Assembly: GCA_041082215.1 (NCBI GenBank)
Contig: JBDOIF010000138.1
Span: forward strand, 1-55,011
Direction of reading: 5' to 3'
DNA from: Anaerolineae bacterium
Lineage (GTDB): Bacteria; Chloroflexota; Anaerolineae; B4-G1; DUEL01
DNA: 55,011 bases
Shown: one piece after another, positions 37,197 through 47,239 of the stretch
How positions within the stretch are numbered: the stretch's first letter is position 1
How the letters are laid out: the number at the start of each line of letters is the position of its first letter
The notes under the pieces: generated by a model
Databases searched by the model: none
Told to the model about the DNA's origin: nothing
Seen by the model: only the letters and a program-made list of their open reading frames with translations
Translations under genes and position numbers: made by a program

Positions 37197-38459
37197 CTAC
37201 TCGTACCGGAGCGCGTCAATCGGGTTGAGCCTCGCCGCCCGCATAGCCGGATAGATGCCGAAAAAGGTGCCCACCAGAATGGAAAAGCCGGTCGCCATCA
37301 GGATCGTGCCCGGGGAGATATGCGTCTTCAGGTCCTCGATCATGCCGGAGGCGGTCAGTGTGCCGATGACCCCGATAGCGATGCCGATGGCCCCCCCGAC
37401 CAGGCTCAACACGATCGCCTCGATCAGAAACTGGCCCAGAATGTCCCGCCGCCTGGCCCCCACCGCTTTGCGAATGCCGATCTCCCGCGTCCGTTCGGTC
37501 ACAGAGACCAGCATGATGTTCATAATCCCAATGCCCCCTACGATCAGGGAGACGGTGGCGATCAACCCCAGGAAGGCCGTCAGCACCGCCGTCAGACTTC
37601 CCAGCACAGAGGAGATGTCCTCCTGGGTCAGCACAGAGAAGTCATCCTTATCGGTGCTGTAGATCAGCCCGTGCCGCTGCCGCAGGAGCCGCGTGATCTG
37701 GGCGCGGGCCGCCTCCATCCGTTTCCCCTCCCCCACCTGAGCGTAGATCACCGAGACGCTGTAATCTCCGGAGACGCTTCGCACCCCGAAGAGCCGCGTC
37801 TGCGCCGTCGTGAGGGGGATGAAGACCACGTCGTCCTCGTCACTGAAGGCCGTGCCCCCCTTCTTCTCCATCACACCGATGACGCGGAAGGGCACCCGGT
37901 TGACCTTGATCGTCTGGCCGATGGGGTTAACACCGGGGGAGAAGACATCCTGCAATACCGTCTGCCCGATCACCGCCACCCGCGCGCCGGTACGCACGTC
38001 TTCCTCGTCTATGAACCGCCCCGCTACCGGATAGAAGTTGCGGACCACGGCATAGCCCGGCGTCACCCCGCTGACGTTAGTCTGCGTGTCCTTATTGCCG
38101 TAGACAACGGTCCCGGAGCCGACGAATTCGGCGGCGACGGCGACCACATCGGGCACGTTGGCCGGGTCCTCTATCGCCCTTGCATCCCCCAGGGTCAGGC
38201 TGGAGACGTTGGCACTGCGCAGGAAGTTGCTCTTCATACTCGTGCTGCTCTCCTCGATCTCCCCGGGGATGACAAAGATGAGGTCAGAGCCGATCCCCTT
38301 CATCTGATCAGCCACCATTGTCTGGACCCCCTGACCGACGGAGACCAGGATGATGACGGCGCTGATCCCGATGATGATGCCCAGCATCGTCAGCCCGGAG
38401 CGCATCTTGTTGGCCGCCAGGGCCCGGAACGCGACCTCGAGGCTTGCCATCAGGTTCAT
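37197..38459 (-). CDS. MacB/FtsX-type ABC permease
   Basis: RSGLTMLGIIIG, VGGIGIMNIMLVSVTERTREIGIRKAVGA and PA.RAARLNPIDALRYE. Confidence 0.95.
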   Translation of the reverse strand: MNLMASLEVAFRALAANKMRSGLTMLGIIIGISAVIILVSVGQGVQTMVADQMKGIGSDLIFVIPGEIEESSTSMKSNFLRSANVSSLTLGDARAIEDPANVPDVVAVAAEFVGSGTVVYGNKDTQTNVSGVTPGYAVVRNFYPVAGRFIDEEDVRTGARVAVIGQTVLQDVFSPGVNPIGQTIKVNRVPFRVIGVMEKKGGTAFSDEDDVVFIPLTTAQTRLFGVRSVSGDYSVSVIYAQVGEGKRMEAARAQITRLLRQRHGLIYSTDKDDFSVLTQEDISSVLGSLTAVLTAFLGLIATVSLIVGGIGIMNIMLVSVTERTREIGIRKAVGARRRDILGQFLIEAIVLSLVGGAIGIAIGVIGTLTASGMIEDLKTHISPGTILMATGFSILVGTFFGIYPAMRAARLNPIDALRYE

Positions 38460-39943
38460 TCCGACCCACCTCCCAGCATCGGCATCGTCACCGCCTCCCG
38501 GAATCGCTCGCGGACGGAGGCGGAGCGGACCAGCAGCTGGTCGCCCGCCTGGAGGCCGTCCAGCACCTCGCTGAACTGCTCGTTGGCCATCCCCTGCTTG
38601 ATAACGGTCACGACCGGCTCGCCGTTCACCAGCTTCTCCACGAACGGCTGGCCCGTTTCCGAGTCAATCCAGATCGCCCGGTTGGGCACCAGCAGCACCC
38701 CTTCCCGTCGCTCCCGGACGATCTCGACATTCGCCGTCATGCCCCCCCGAAGGGGGAGGTCGGTCGGGCCGATCTCAATCGTCACCCGGTACGATACCAC
38801 GCCCATATCGAGCGTCGCCGAGGGGGCGATCACGGCCACCCGGCCCACCAGGCCGCGCCCTGGAAATGCGTCCAGGGTGATCTGCGCTTCCTGGCCGACC
38901 TCCACCATGCCGATGTCCGCCTCATCCACATCCGCCTCAATGGTGAACTGGCTGTCGTCCACCAGCAGTATCACCGGCATCTGCGGCCCGACGAACTCCC
39001 CCGGCTCGACGTTCACCCTGGCAACGACGCCGTCGAAGGGCGCTACCAGGGTAGCCTTTGCCAGCGCCAGGAGAGCCGCATCCATTGCGGCCTGTGCCTG
39101 CTTCACATTCGCCTCCGCCGCGGCAAGCTCTGCCTCCGTAGGCCCCGCCAGCAGCATATCCAGTTGGGCTTTGGCGATATCCCGCTGGGCCATAGCTGCC
39201 AGGACGGCAGCCTCTGCCGCCCGGATTCGGTCGCCCGTCCCCGCCCTCAGCGCATCCAGCTGCTTCTGGGCGGCCGCCAGCGCCTCGTTGGCGGCGTGGA
39301 GGCTGTAGCGGGCCTCCTCCTCCAGCGGCCCCAGCGTCGGGCAGACCTCCTCCTCCTCACCACTGGGGAGCGGGACCGTGTAGCACCGCACCATCCGGTC
39401 ATACGTATCCTGAGCGACCTTCTGCTGGGCTATCGCCGAGGCCACCTGCGCTTCTGCCGCCGCGATGTCCGCCTCCGCCAGCCCCGCCTTCAACTGGTCC
39501 CGCTGGGCGATCGCCTGGGACAGGGAGGCCTCGGCGGCCCGCACCTGAGCCTCCGCAGCGGCGATCTCCTCGGGGCGCGGGCCGGCCCTGAGCTGTTCGA
39601 ACTGGGCCTGCGCCGCAGCCAGCGCCGCTTCCGCGCTCTCCACCTTCAACTCCAGGTCCGCCGTCTCCAGCCGGGCCAGCAGTTGTCCCTGCCGCACCCG
39701 CTCCCCCTCCCCGACCAGCACCTGGCTCACCTGCCCGCTGACTTCAAAGGTCAGGTTCACCTCCGCCCGGGGGCGGACGACGCCGGTGGCGGCCGTACTG
39801 GCGACAAGAGACCCCACCTCTACGGTTACGATCTCAACTTCTTCCCCTCCACTGCTTCCTCCGCTGGAAGCACAACCGCCCAGCAGGCCCAGCAGCAGCA
39901 CAAGGGATACAGCGCACGATAGACATCGGAAGTGGATCTCCAT
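38456..39943 (-). CDS. MacA/HlyD-type membrane fusion (adaptor) lipoprotein
   Basis: Lipobox LLGGC, biotinyl-lipoyl halves (V.EGERV..GQLLA / LVAPFDGVV), long coiled coil and GMTANVEI. Confidence 0.9.
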   Translation of the reverse strand: MEIHFRCLSCAVSLVLLLGLLGGCASSGGSSGGEEVEIVTVEVGSLVASTAATGVVRPRAEVNLTFEVSGQVSQVLVGEGERVRQGQLLARLETADLELKVESAEAALAAAQAQFEQLRAGPRPEEIAAAEAQVRAAEASLSQAIAQRDQLKAGLAEADIAAAEAQVASAIAQQKVAQDTYDRMVRCYTVPLPSGEEEEVCPTLGPLEEEARYSLHAANEALAAAQKQLDALRAGTGDRIRAAEAAVLAAMAQRDIAKAQLDMLLAGPTEAELAAAEANVKQAQAAMDAALLALAKATLVAPFDGVVARVNVEPGEFVGPQMPVILLVDDSQFTIEADVDEADIGMVEVGQEAQITLDAFPGRGLVGRVAVIAPSATLDMGVVSYRVTIEIGPTDLPLRGGMTANVEIVRERREGVLLVPNRAIWIDSETGQPFVEKLVNGEPVVTVIKQGMANEQFSEVLDGLQAGDQLLVRSASVRERFREAVTMPMLGGGSE

Positions 39944-40237
39944 AGTTAGCTCGCTCCTCTCTCTGAAACAGGGGGAAGTAGAACAGCCACACTGGCAGAG
40001 GTGAGGGAACCCTGACATAACAGGCTCACCCTCCCCGAGCCTGGACCGCTGAACGCCGGTATTGTCCGGTCCTCAACTGACGCCACAAAAGCCCGCCCTT
40101 AGGGACAAAGATTCCCCAATCTCTGTGGCAAAGGAGGAAAAAAACGCAGAAGAAGAAGTAGGAATTGGCTTTTGGAATAAATTAACAGAATGAGGTCAAT
40201 TTCAGGTGAAAAATCCTTTAAAACTTTATTTTCGCCT

Positions 40238-41344
40238 TCACCTTAAGACCAGGCGCCGCAGGCGGACGGAGGCAAGCCGGTCGGGGAAGACCTGCACCCC
40301 CAGCCCCGGACCGAAAGGGACGGAGAGGGTTGAATCCTCGTTAAGGACGAAATCAGGCCCGGCGATGTCCTCCCGGTAATAGCGGGCGGAGGCGGAGATG
40401 TCGCCAGGGAGGGTGAAATTGGGCAGCGCCGCCAGGGCGACGTTGGCCGCCCGACCGACGTTGGTCTCCAGCATCCCCCCACACCAGACCGGCACCCCCC
40501 GCTCCGCGCAGAGGTCGTGGACCTGACGGGCGGCTGTCAGCACGCCCACCCGCCCCACCTTGATATTGATCACCCGGCAGGCCCCGATCTCCAGCGCCCA
40601 GCGGGCGTGCTCGGGGGAGTGGATGGACTCATCCAGGCAGACTGGCGTACAGAGCTGCGCCTGCAGTCGGGCATGGTCCACGATGTCGTCGTAATGAAAC
40701 GGCTGCTCGATCAGGAGCAGGTCGAACCGATCCAGCTCCCGGAAGACCGGCGTGTCGGCGGGAGTGTAGGCTGCGTTGGCATCCACCTGGAGGGGCAGGT
40801 CGGGCCACCGCTCCCGCACAGCACGGACCACCGTCACATCCCACCCCGGCCTGATCTTCAACTTGACCCGGCCATACCCTTCGGCCACATACTGCTCCAC
40901 CCGTTCGAGCAGCGCCTCCGGCGTCGGTTCGATGCCCACGCTTACCCCCACCTTTACCCGCTCCCTCTCCCCGCCCAGCAGGCGGGCCAGTCCCACCCCT
41001 TCCGCCTGCGCCCACAGGTCCCACACCGCCATCTCCAGCGCGGCGCGGGCCATCGGGTGGCCCCGCACTCCCCTGAACCGGGCCGCCACATCGGCGGGGG
41101 AGGCGATCTCCTGCCCCAGCACGGCGGGGACGAGGAAATCGCGCAGCACGTGCCAGGCGGTCTCGATTGTCTCGCAGGAGTACCAGGGGCCGGCGCCAGC
41201 GACGCATTCCCCCCATCCGGTCAGTCCATCGCCGTGGGCCGAGACCAGGATGCAGGGTCGCGTTACCTCCCGCCCAAAGCTGGTCTCAAAGGGATGGACC
41301 AGCGGCAGGTCAATGTGATGCAGCTCTACCTGCTCGATCTTCAT
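40238..41344 (-). CDS. menC: o-succinylbenzoate synthase / N-acylamino acid racemase (enolase superfamily)
   Basis: PFETSFG, KLKI.PGWD, DAN, IEQP, LDESI, INIKVGRVG, WCGGMLE and PGDISAS. Confidence 0.88.
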   Translation of the reverse strand: MKIEQVELHHIDLPLVHPFETSFGREVTRPCILVSAHGDGLTGWGECVAGAGPWYSCETIETAWHVLRDFLVPAVLGQEIASPADVAARFRGVRGHPMARAALEMAVWDLWAQAEGVGLARLLGGERERVKVGVSVGIEPTPEALLERVEQYVAEGYGRVKLKIRPGWDVTVVRAVRERWPDLPLQVDANAAYTPADTPVFRELDRFDLLLIEQPFHYDDIVDHARLQAQLCTPVCLDESIHSPEHARWALEIGACRVINIKVGRVGVLTAARQVHDLCAERGVPVWCGGMLETNVGRAANVALAALPNFTLPGDISASARYYREDIAGPDFVLNEDSTLSVPFGPGLGVQVFPDRLASVRLRRLVLR

Positions 41345-41361
41345 CCCCTTCTCATCCCTCC

Positions 41362-42081
41362 TCACCCCGCCACGGACTCGCCCCTTTTCCCTGCCAGCTC
41401 CCCCTCCAATCGCCTTCGCACCTCGCCCGGCAGCGCTTTCCCTGCCCCCGTCCCCCTCAGCCACGCCTTCACCTTCTTGCCGTAGAAAACCGGGACCGGC
41501 GGATCCTTCACGTCCAGATGGACCTCCGGATGGACAAAGAGGACCACCCCCTGCACCGGCACCTCCAGCCCCGGCAGTCGCTTTTCCAGGTAGCGGTTCA
41601 GCCGGCCCACCTCTTGCTCCACGTCCGCCTCCGGCAGCCCCAGCCCTTCCTGGCCGGCCAGTTGCCGCAGGAACTTGGCCCGCTGCCGGTGCTGCCATCG
41701 GCCATCCGCATACCGGATCTCCCCCGGCTGCGACCGGACGACGAACACCGTCAATCCATCCGGCCCCAGAAGGACGTGCGGGACCGGCAGGACGTACTGG
41801 AAGAGCACGTACCGGTCGTCCAGCCCCTTCAGGGCGTTCCGCACCCCGATATGATGGGCCGCCGGGCCGACGAACCGCTCGGCATAGTACCCCCCCACAA
41901 ACGAGAGCAACACCCCCACCAGCAGCGCCCCCAGCAGCGCTCCCTGCATCAACAGGGGCGATTCCGTCCGGGTAAACGAGAAGACAAAGGCTGCCAGCAA
42001 CACACCCAGCCCGCCCAGGCTGGCATACCGGCCCACAAATGCCCGTCGGGCGATATACCGTTCGTCCGTTATAATCCTCAT
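41362..42081 (-). CDS. Hypothetical membrane protein with NERD-like domain
   Basis: Two N-terminal TM helices, then ALKGLDDRY.L...HVLLGPDG. Tight operon spacing. Confidence 0.65.
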   Translation of the reverse strand: MRIITDERYIARRAFVGRYASLGGLGVLLAAFVFSFTRTESPLLMQGALLGALLVGVLLSFVGGYYAERFVGPAAHHIGVRNALKGLDDRYVLFQYVLPVPHVLLGPDGLTVFVVRSQPGEIRYADGRWQHRQRAKFLRQLAGQEGLGLPEADVEQEVGRLNRYLEKRLPGLEVPVQGVVLFVHPEVHLDVKDPPVPVFYGKKVKAWLRGTGAGKALPGEVRRRLEGELAGKRGESVAG

Positions 42082-42082
42082 G

Positions 42083-43321
42083 TCACTCCTCGAAGGCTCC
42101 CAGCACCAGGCAGGCGTTCTGCCCCCCCAGGCCGAAGGAATTGGAAAGGGCGACCCGCACCTCAGCCCGCCTTGCCGTCCCCGGCACGTAATCCAGGTCG
42201 CACTCCGGGTCCGGCTCCTCCAGGTTGGTCGTCGGATGGACGATCTGATCCCGCAGGGTCAGCACGCAGGCCACCGCCTCGATCGCCCCTGCCCCTCCCA
42301 TCGCGTGGCCGATCATGGACTTGGTGGAACTGACGGGGATCCGATAGGCGTGGTGGCCGAAGACCTCTTTGATCGCCCGTGTCTCGATGACATCGTTGAT
42401 GGGGGTGCCGGTACCGTGGGCGTTAATGTAATCCACATCCTCCGGCCTGACACCTGCGTCGGCCAGTGCCCAGGCCATCGCCCGCACCGCCCCCCGCCCT
42501 TCCGGGTCCGGCTGGGCCACATGGAAGCCATCGGATGAGGAGGCGTGGCCCAGCACCTCTGCCAGGATCCGCGCGCCCCGCGCCCGGGCATGTTCCAGGC
42601 TTTCCAGCACCAGCACCCCACACCCTTCCGAAAGGACAAAGCCGTCCCGCCGGGCGTCGAAGGGACGGCTGGCCCGCTCCGGCTCGTCGTTCCGGGTGGA
42701 AAGGGCCCGCATGGCGCAGAAGCCGGCAATGGCGATCTCGTGCACAAACCCCTCCACCCCGCCGGCGATCATCACATCCGCCACGCCGCGCCGGATGAAC
42801 TCCGCTGCTTCCCCCACCGACTGCGTCCCGGTCGCGCACGCGGTGCACACAGCGGAAATGGGGCCCAGCGCCTGCGCCCACCGGCTGACATGGTGGGCCG
42901 GCATATTGGGCAGCGACGCGGTGACACCAAAGGGGCTGACGCGGCTCAGCCCCTCCTCCCAGAAAGCCCGCGCCTGGGCAAAGGCCCACTCCAGGCCGCC
43001 GACGGCTGTCCCGATCAGGACCCCCGCTCTATCTCCCAGGGGAGGCTCCAGCCCCGCACCTGTCAGCGCCTCCTGGGCGGCGGCGATGGCAAACCAAGAG
43101 GCGCGGGCCATGCGACGGGCCTCTTTGAAGGGGATGTACCGCCCCGGATCGAATCCCTTGACCTCCCCGGCGATGCGGGAAGGGAAGGGAGAGGCGTCAA
43201 ACTGGGTGATGGGGCCGATGCCGGATTGTCCCTCCAGCAGTCCCCGCCAGGTCTCTTCGGCGGTGAGGGCCAGCGGCGTGACCGCCCCCACGCCGGTCAC
43301 GACCACCCGTCGCCGGTCCAT
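42083..43321 (-). CDS. fabF: Beta-ketoacyl-ACP synthase II
   Basis: RRVVVTG, TACATG, YINAHGTGT, KSMIGH and SNSFGLGGQN. Confidence 0.93.
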   Translation of the reverse strand: MDRRRVVVTGVGAVTPLALTAEETWRGLLEGQSGIGPITQFDASPFPSRIAGEVKGFDPGRYIPFKEARRMARASWFAIAAAQEALTGAGLEPPLGDRAGVLIGTAVGGLEWAFAQARAFWEEGLSRVSPFGVTASLPNMPAHHVSRWAQALGPISAVCTACATGTQSVGEAAEFIRRGVADVMIAGGVEGFVHEIAIAGFCAMRALSTRNDEPERASRPFDARRDGFVLSEGCGVLVLESLEHARARGARILAEVLGHASSSDGFHVAQPDPEGRGAVRAMAWALADAGVRPEDVDYINAHGTGTPINDVIETRAIKEVFGHHAYRIPVSSTKSMIGHAMGGAGAIEAVACVLTLRDQIVHPTTNLEEPDPECDLDYVPGTARRAEVRVALSNSFGLGGQNACLVLGAFEE

Positions 43322-43322
43322 C

Positions 43323-44375
43323 TCATCCCTCCCCGCCTTCCTGCACCAGCCCGGCGCGGATGACCTCCACAATTCCCCCCTCCACCGCCCGGCGGGCCTG
43401 CCGGATAGCGTTCTTGACCGCCTTGGCGTTGGAACGGCCGTGGCCGATCACCACCACCCCGTCCACCCCCATCAGCAGCGCCCCGCCGTATTCGGCGTAG
43501 TCCAGCCGCCGGGCCACCCGCTTGAGCGAAGGCAGGAGCAGGGCCAGGCCAGGTAGGGCCAGCACCAGCCCCGGCGCTATCAAAACCAGCGCGGCTTTGT
43601 TGAGTCCTCCACCCCCCAGCTCCTTCCTGAGATACCGGAAGAGAAACGAGGCGATCGCTTCGGTGGTCTTGATCATCACATTGCCGGTAAAGCCGTCCGC
43701 AAGGACCACGTCCGCCACCCCCCGCGTGATCTCCTTCGGCTCCACGTTGCCCACAAAATTCAGGTCGCTTTCAGAAAGCACCACGAAGGCCTCCCGTACC
43801 AGTATGCTGCCCTTATCCGGCTCTTCACCGTTGGAGATCAGGCCGACACGGGGGTTGGAAACTCCCCACACCTTTTCCACGTAGGCCACCCCCATCCGGG
43901 CAAACTGGAGGAGGTCCTCCGGCCGACAATCGGTGGTGGCGCCGTTGTCCAGGAGGAGGACGGGGTGATCGGCCACCGGGTAGATCGTTGCCAGCGCCGG
44001 CCGCCGGACGCGCATCCCCCCCGCCCGAATACGCCCCAGATCGAAGAGGGCGGCGGCAAGCACGGCAGCGGTGTTCCCGGCCGAAACGAAGGCATCGGCC
44101 TTCCCTTCCTTCACCAGCCGCATCCCCACCCGGATGGAGGAATCGTGCTTCCGCTTGACCGCATCGGTATGCTCATGCATCTCGATGATCTCTGGTGCGT
44201 GGACGATAGAGATGGGAAGCCCCTCCGTCTCATGCCTGGCCAGCTCCGCCCGCACCACCGGCTCGGGACCCACCAGGAGGATCTCGTCCCCCCACTCCCG
44301 CGCTGCCATCACCGCGCCTGCCACATCCGGCACCGGCCGGTTATCCGACCCCATTGCATCCAGCACAATCCGCAT
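43323..44375 (-). CDS. plsX: Phosphate acyltransferase PlsX
   Basis: IVLDAMGSD, SAGNT, RPAL, GEE..KG, FVGNVE, DGFTGNV and HGRS. Confidence 0.95.
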   Translation of the reverse strand: MRIVLDAMGSDNRPVPDVAGAVMAAREWGDEILLVGPEPVVRAELARHETEGLPISIVHAPEIIEMHEHTDAVKRKHDSSIRVGMRLVKEGKADAFVSAGNTAAVLAAALFDLGRIRAGGMRVRRPALATIYPVADHPVLLLDNGATTDCRPEDLLQFARMGVAYVEKVWGVSNPRVGLISNGEEPDKGSILVREAFVVLSESDLNFVGNVEPKEITRGVADVVLADGFTGNVMIKTTEAIASFLFRYLRKELGGGGLNKAALVLIAPGLVLALPGLALLLPSLKRVARRLDYAEYGGALLMGVDGVVVIGHGRSNAKAVKNAIRQARRAVEGGIVEVIRAGLVQEGGEG

Positions 44376-44443
44376 CTTCCCTCCTCCTGCCTCTTGTTTC
44401 TTGCCTCTCGCTCGATTCGCCATTGTACTCTGCCTGGGACGGG

Positions 44444-44471
44444 TTGACAAGTGGGCAACCACAGGTATAAT
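44444..44471 (+). promoter_or_regulatory. Consensus promoter of tRNA-Leu
   Basis: TTGACA-16-TATAAT, 10 nt before the tRNA. Confidence 0.9.
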
Positions 44472-44481
44472 ATGCTTGGAT

Positions 44482-44567
44482 GCCCCGGTGGCGGAATAGG
44501 CATACGCAGCAGGTTGAGGGCCTGTGCCCGGAAGGGCGTGGAGGTTCGAATCCTCTCCGGGGCACCA
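44482..44567 (+). tRNA. tRNA-Leu(GAG)
   Basis: Acceptor stem GCCCCGG/CCGGGGC, anticodon loop TTGAGGG, long variable arm, GTTCGAATC T-loop and encoded CCA. Confidence 0.96.
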
Positions 44568-44569
44568 GA

Positions 44570-44601
44570 AGCGCTGCCCATTCGGGCAGCGCTCTGATTT
44601 T
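44570..44601. terminator. Hairpin terminator between tRNA-Leu and convergent pdp
   Basis: agcgctgccc-attc-gggcagcgct followed by ctgatttt. Confidence 0.65.
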
Positions 44602-44639
44602 GCCAAGATCTGTGCCTTTGTGGCAAGAAAGCTGAGGCC

Positions 44640-45944
44640 CTAGCCAATCCGCCGGTAGAAAAGCGGCAGCGGCTCCACCGGCTCCGGTCCGATGGTGTGG
44701 GCTGCCAGGAGCCGCGCCCGGGCCATCTCCAGCCGGGCCTCATCGCTGGCGTGGATCGTGAAGAGCGGCGTTCCCTCCTGCACCTCATCGCCCACTTTGT
44801 AATGGGTTACCACCCCCACCGCATGGTCAATCGGCTCCCCCTTCTTCTCCCGCCCACCGCCCAGGTCCACCACCGCCATCCCCACCTCGGCGGCGTTCAC
44901 CTTCTGGAGATAGCCGCCGACGGGGGCAGGGACCGGTTCGATCAATCGGGCCTGGGGGAGCCGGTCAGGATCCTCAATGGTCGCCACATCTCCCCCCTGG
45001 GCCTCGACTATGGCACAGAACTTCTCCCAGGCGCGGCCGGAGGAGATCGCCCAGGCGGCCATCTCCATCCCCACGGCCGGGTCGGCCGCCATGCCTCCCA
45101 GGGCCAGCATCTCCCCTGCCACTACCAGGCAGTGTCTCCACAGATCGGCCGGCCCCCCCTCATGGAGCGTGCTGATCGCCTCCCTCACCTCCAGCGCATT
45201 GCCGATCGCCCAGCCGAGGGGCTGGTTCATATCGGAGACGAGCGCACACATACGGCGACCCAACCGGGTACCGATACGAACCATCGCCTCGGCCAGCTCG
45301 ACCGCCTCTTCCACTGTCTTCATAAACGCGCCGCTGCCGACCTTGACATCCAGCAGGATCGCGTCGGCGCCGGCGGCGATCTTCTTGCTCATGATCGAGC
45401 TGACGATAAGGGGGAGGGAGGGAACAGTGCCGGTGACGTCGCGGAGGGCATAGAACTTCCGGTCGGCAGGGGCCAGATCGGCCGACTGGCCGGTGAGGAC
45501 GGCGCCGATGCGTGCCAGTTGCTCCTTGAACTCCTGGACGGAGAGATCGGCCCGGTAGCCGGGGATGGATTCCAGCTTGTCCACTGTGCCGCCGGAGAAG
45601 CCCAGCCCCCGGCCAGTCATCTTTCCCACGGGCAGGCCGCAGGCAGCCACAGTGGGAACGACGACCAGGCTGACCTTATCGCCGACACCGCCGCTGGAGT
45701 GCTTGTCCACCACCACTGGCGCCACGTCTTTCAGGTCGAGCACCTCGCCGGACCGGGCCATCGCCATGGTCAGATCCTGTGTCTCCCGGTCGCTCATCCC
45801 CCGCAGGAAGACCGCCATCAGCCAGGCAGCAGCCTGGTAGTCGGGGATCTCGCCGCGGACGTAGCCCTGGACAAAGAATTCGATCTCCTCGGCGCTCAAC
45901 TCGCCGCCATCTCGTTTCTTGATGATGATGTCAACTGCACGCAT
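44640..45944 (-). CDS. pdp: Pyrimidine-nucleoside (thymidine) phosphorylase
   Basis: [42 protein letters not shown] and SIMSKK. Confidence 0.95.
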   Translation of the reverse strand: MRAVDIIIKKRDGGELSAEEIEFFVQGYVRGEIPDYQAAAWLMAVFLRGMSDRETQDLTMAMARSGEVLDLKDVAPVVVDKHSSGGVGDKVSLVVVPTVAACGLPVGKMTGRGLGFSGGTVDKLESIPGYRADLSVQEFKEQLARIGAVLTGQSADLAPADRKFYALRDVTGTVPSLPLIVSSIMSKKIAAGADAILLDVKVGSGAFMKTVEEAVELAEAMVRIGTRLGRRMCALVSDMNQPLGWAIGNALEVREAISTLHEGGPADLWRHCLVVAGEMLALGGMAADPAVGMEMAAWAISSGRAWEKFCAIVEAQGGDVATIEDPDRLPQARLIEPVPAPVGGYLQKVNAAEVGMAVVDLGGGREKKGEPIDHAVGVVTHYKVGDEVQEGTPLFTIHASDEARLEMARARLLAAHTIGPEPVEPLPLFYRRIG

Positions 45945-45967
45945 CCTTCTCCACCCCAGGTTTTTCT

Positions 45968-45990
45968 GTAGGACAAGCTTTAGCTTGTCC
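45968..45990. repeat. GTAG-family REP variant in the pdp leader
   Basis: gtaggacaagct-tt-agcttgtcc. Confidence 0.55.
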
Positions 45991-46047
45991 ATAGAGAAGT
46001 AAAGTATACCACGCCCCACCACGGACGACAACCACCGGCCCCCGCCG

Positions 46048-47169
46048 TCAGCCCTTCCCGCGCCGCCCTTCCAGGACCTCCAGGAGCGCCATCAGCCCTC
46101 CGTTGACCACCGACTGTCCCCCCATCAGGATCGGGATGGGGGCCTGCGCCCCAGCGCGGGCAAAACGGCGCAGGAACGGGTCCTGGACCTCTCTCCAGCG
46201 AAAGAGGTCGGCGTTGAACCGGTCGGCGGCGGGGGGCCAGAGCCCGAGGGCCGCCAGGATCACCCGGTTATCAAGGAGGGCCGCGTCGGCCAGGGCGGAG
46301 AGGGTGGCGAAGAAGCCCTCCTCCCCCACCCGCTGGAGGAACTCGGCCAGCAGGCTGCGCACCTCTTTTCGCCTCAGCCGGCCGCTGGCCACCATCCCCC
46401 GCTCCTCAACAAAGAGCCGCACCCAGCACTGAGTGGCCTGCTCCAGGGCGGACCAGGCCGCCGAAGAGGAACGGCCGATCACCGTCAGATGGCCCCCCTC
46501 CCGTTCCATCACCTCCAGCACCCCTTCCACCGGCCTGGCGGGCCAGTCGAGGCCCTCCAGGAAAGCACGCAGGCTGGCGCCTATGCCGGGATGAGCACGG
46601 GCGATGAGGAGATCGGCCGGGGTATCCAGGTCGAAGCGGCTGGCAGCAAAGGAGGGGAGCAGCCGGGCAGGAAGACCTGCCTCCCGGGCCAGCACCCAGG
46701 CCAGCCCGTTATCCCGCTCCTGTGCCTCCACCACAGAGGCCAGCTCTTCTGCCGGCGAGAAGGCGACCCAGTCGGAGGAGTGGAGGTTGTTGGTCACCAT
46801 CGCCGGTCCGGACGTGGCGAACCCTTCCAGCGCCGCCCGCCACGCCGCCTCCCCCATCAGGGGGGCGGAGCCGCCGCCGGCGTAGAGCGCCTTTTTGACC
46901 CGATACCGGCGGATCAGGTCGGCCAGCCGCCTGCCGAAGTGGAACGGCTCGCCCGGCGGGTCGAGGGCCACCTCCACCGGCAGCCCCTCCAGCCCTGCAA
47001 GCCATTCCAGCCGATCCGTCCCGACCAGAACCCGTCGCACCAGACCGGCCCCCAACAGCCGCTCCACCAGGTCGCATGCGGCTGCCTCCCGGGCCTGCCG
47101 GACCGCCTCCTCGACGGGGCTGGTCCCTCCCCCACCGACCAGGAGCAGGAGGTCAATTCCCTCTCCCAC
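46048..47169 (-). CDS. Hypothetical protein, possibly with a CofC/nucleotidyltransferase-like N-terminal fold
   Basis: Coding-like 373-aa ORF in an operon-like position. FDLDTPADL resembles the CofC-like D.DTP.DL motif. Confidence 0.6.
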   Translation of the reverse strand: MGEGIDLLLLVGGGGTSPVEEAVRQAREAAACDLVERLLGAGLVRRVLVGTDRLEWLAGLEGLPVEVALDPPGEPFHFGRRLADLIRRYRVKKALYAGGGSAPLMGEAAWRAALEGFATSGPAMVTNNLHSSDWVAFSPAEELASVVEAQERDNGLAWVLAREAGLPARLLPSFAASRFDLDTPADLLIARAHPGIGASLRAFLEGLDWPARPVEGVLEVMEREGGHLTVIGRSSSAAWSALEQATQCWVRLFVEERGMVASGRLRRKEVRSLLAEFLQRVGEEGFFATLSALADAALLDNRVILAALGLWPPAADRFNADLFRWREVQDPFLRRFARAGAQAPIPILMGGQSVVNGGLMALLEVLEGRRGKG

Positions 47170-47179
47170 AGTCTTCCCC

Positions 47180-47211
47180 CGACAACAAGGGGCCCGGCTG
47201 AGCCGGGCCCT
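47180..47211 (-). terminator. Hairpin after hpf
   Basis: gggcccggct-agccgggccc stem followed by ttgttg on the minus strand. Confidence 0.55.
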
Positions 47212-47239
47212 CTGAAACGAACAGGGCGCACAGCCCGCC

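Noticed and set aside
39960..40135. Known riboswitch (c-di-AMP, c-di-GMP, yybP, TPP, cobalamin)
   Set aside because: Core consensus motifs were not found by eye, so it is kept only as an unassigned structured leader.
44482..44567. tRNA as an island integration site
   Set aside because: No integrase and no duplicated tRNA 3' end seen. The flanks are housekeeping genes.
45971..45990. Palindrome upstream of pdp as a transcription-factor operator
   Set aside because: It is preceded by GTA and fits the GTAG REP pattern better. An operator role is not excluded.
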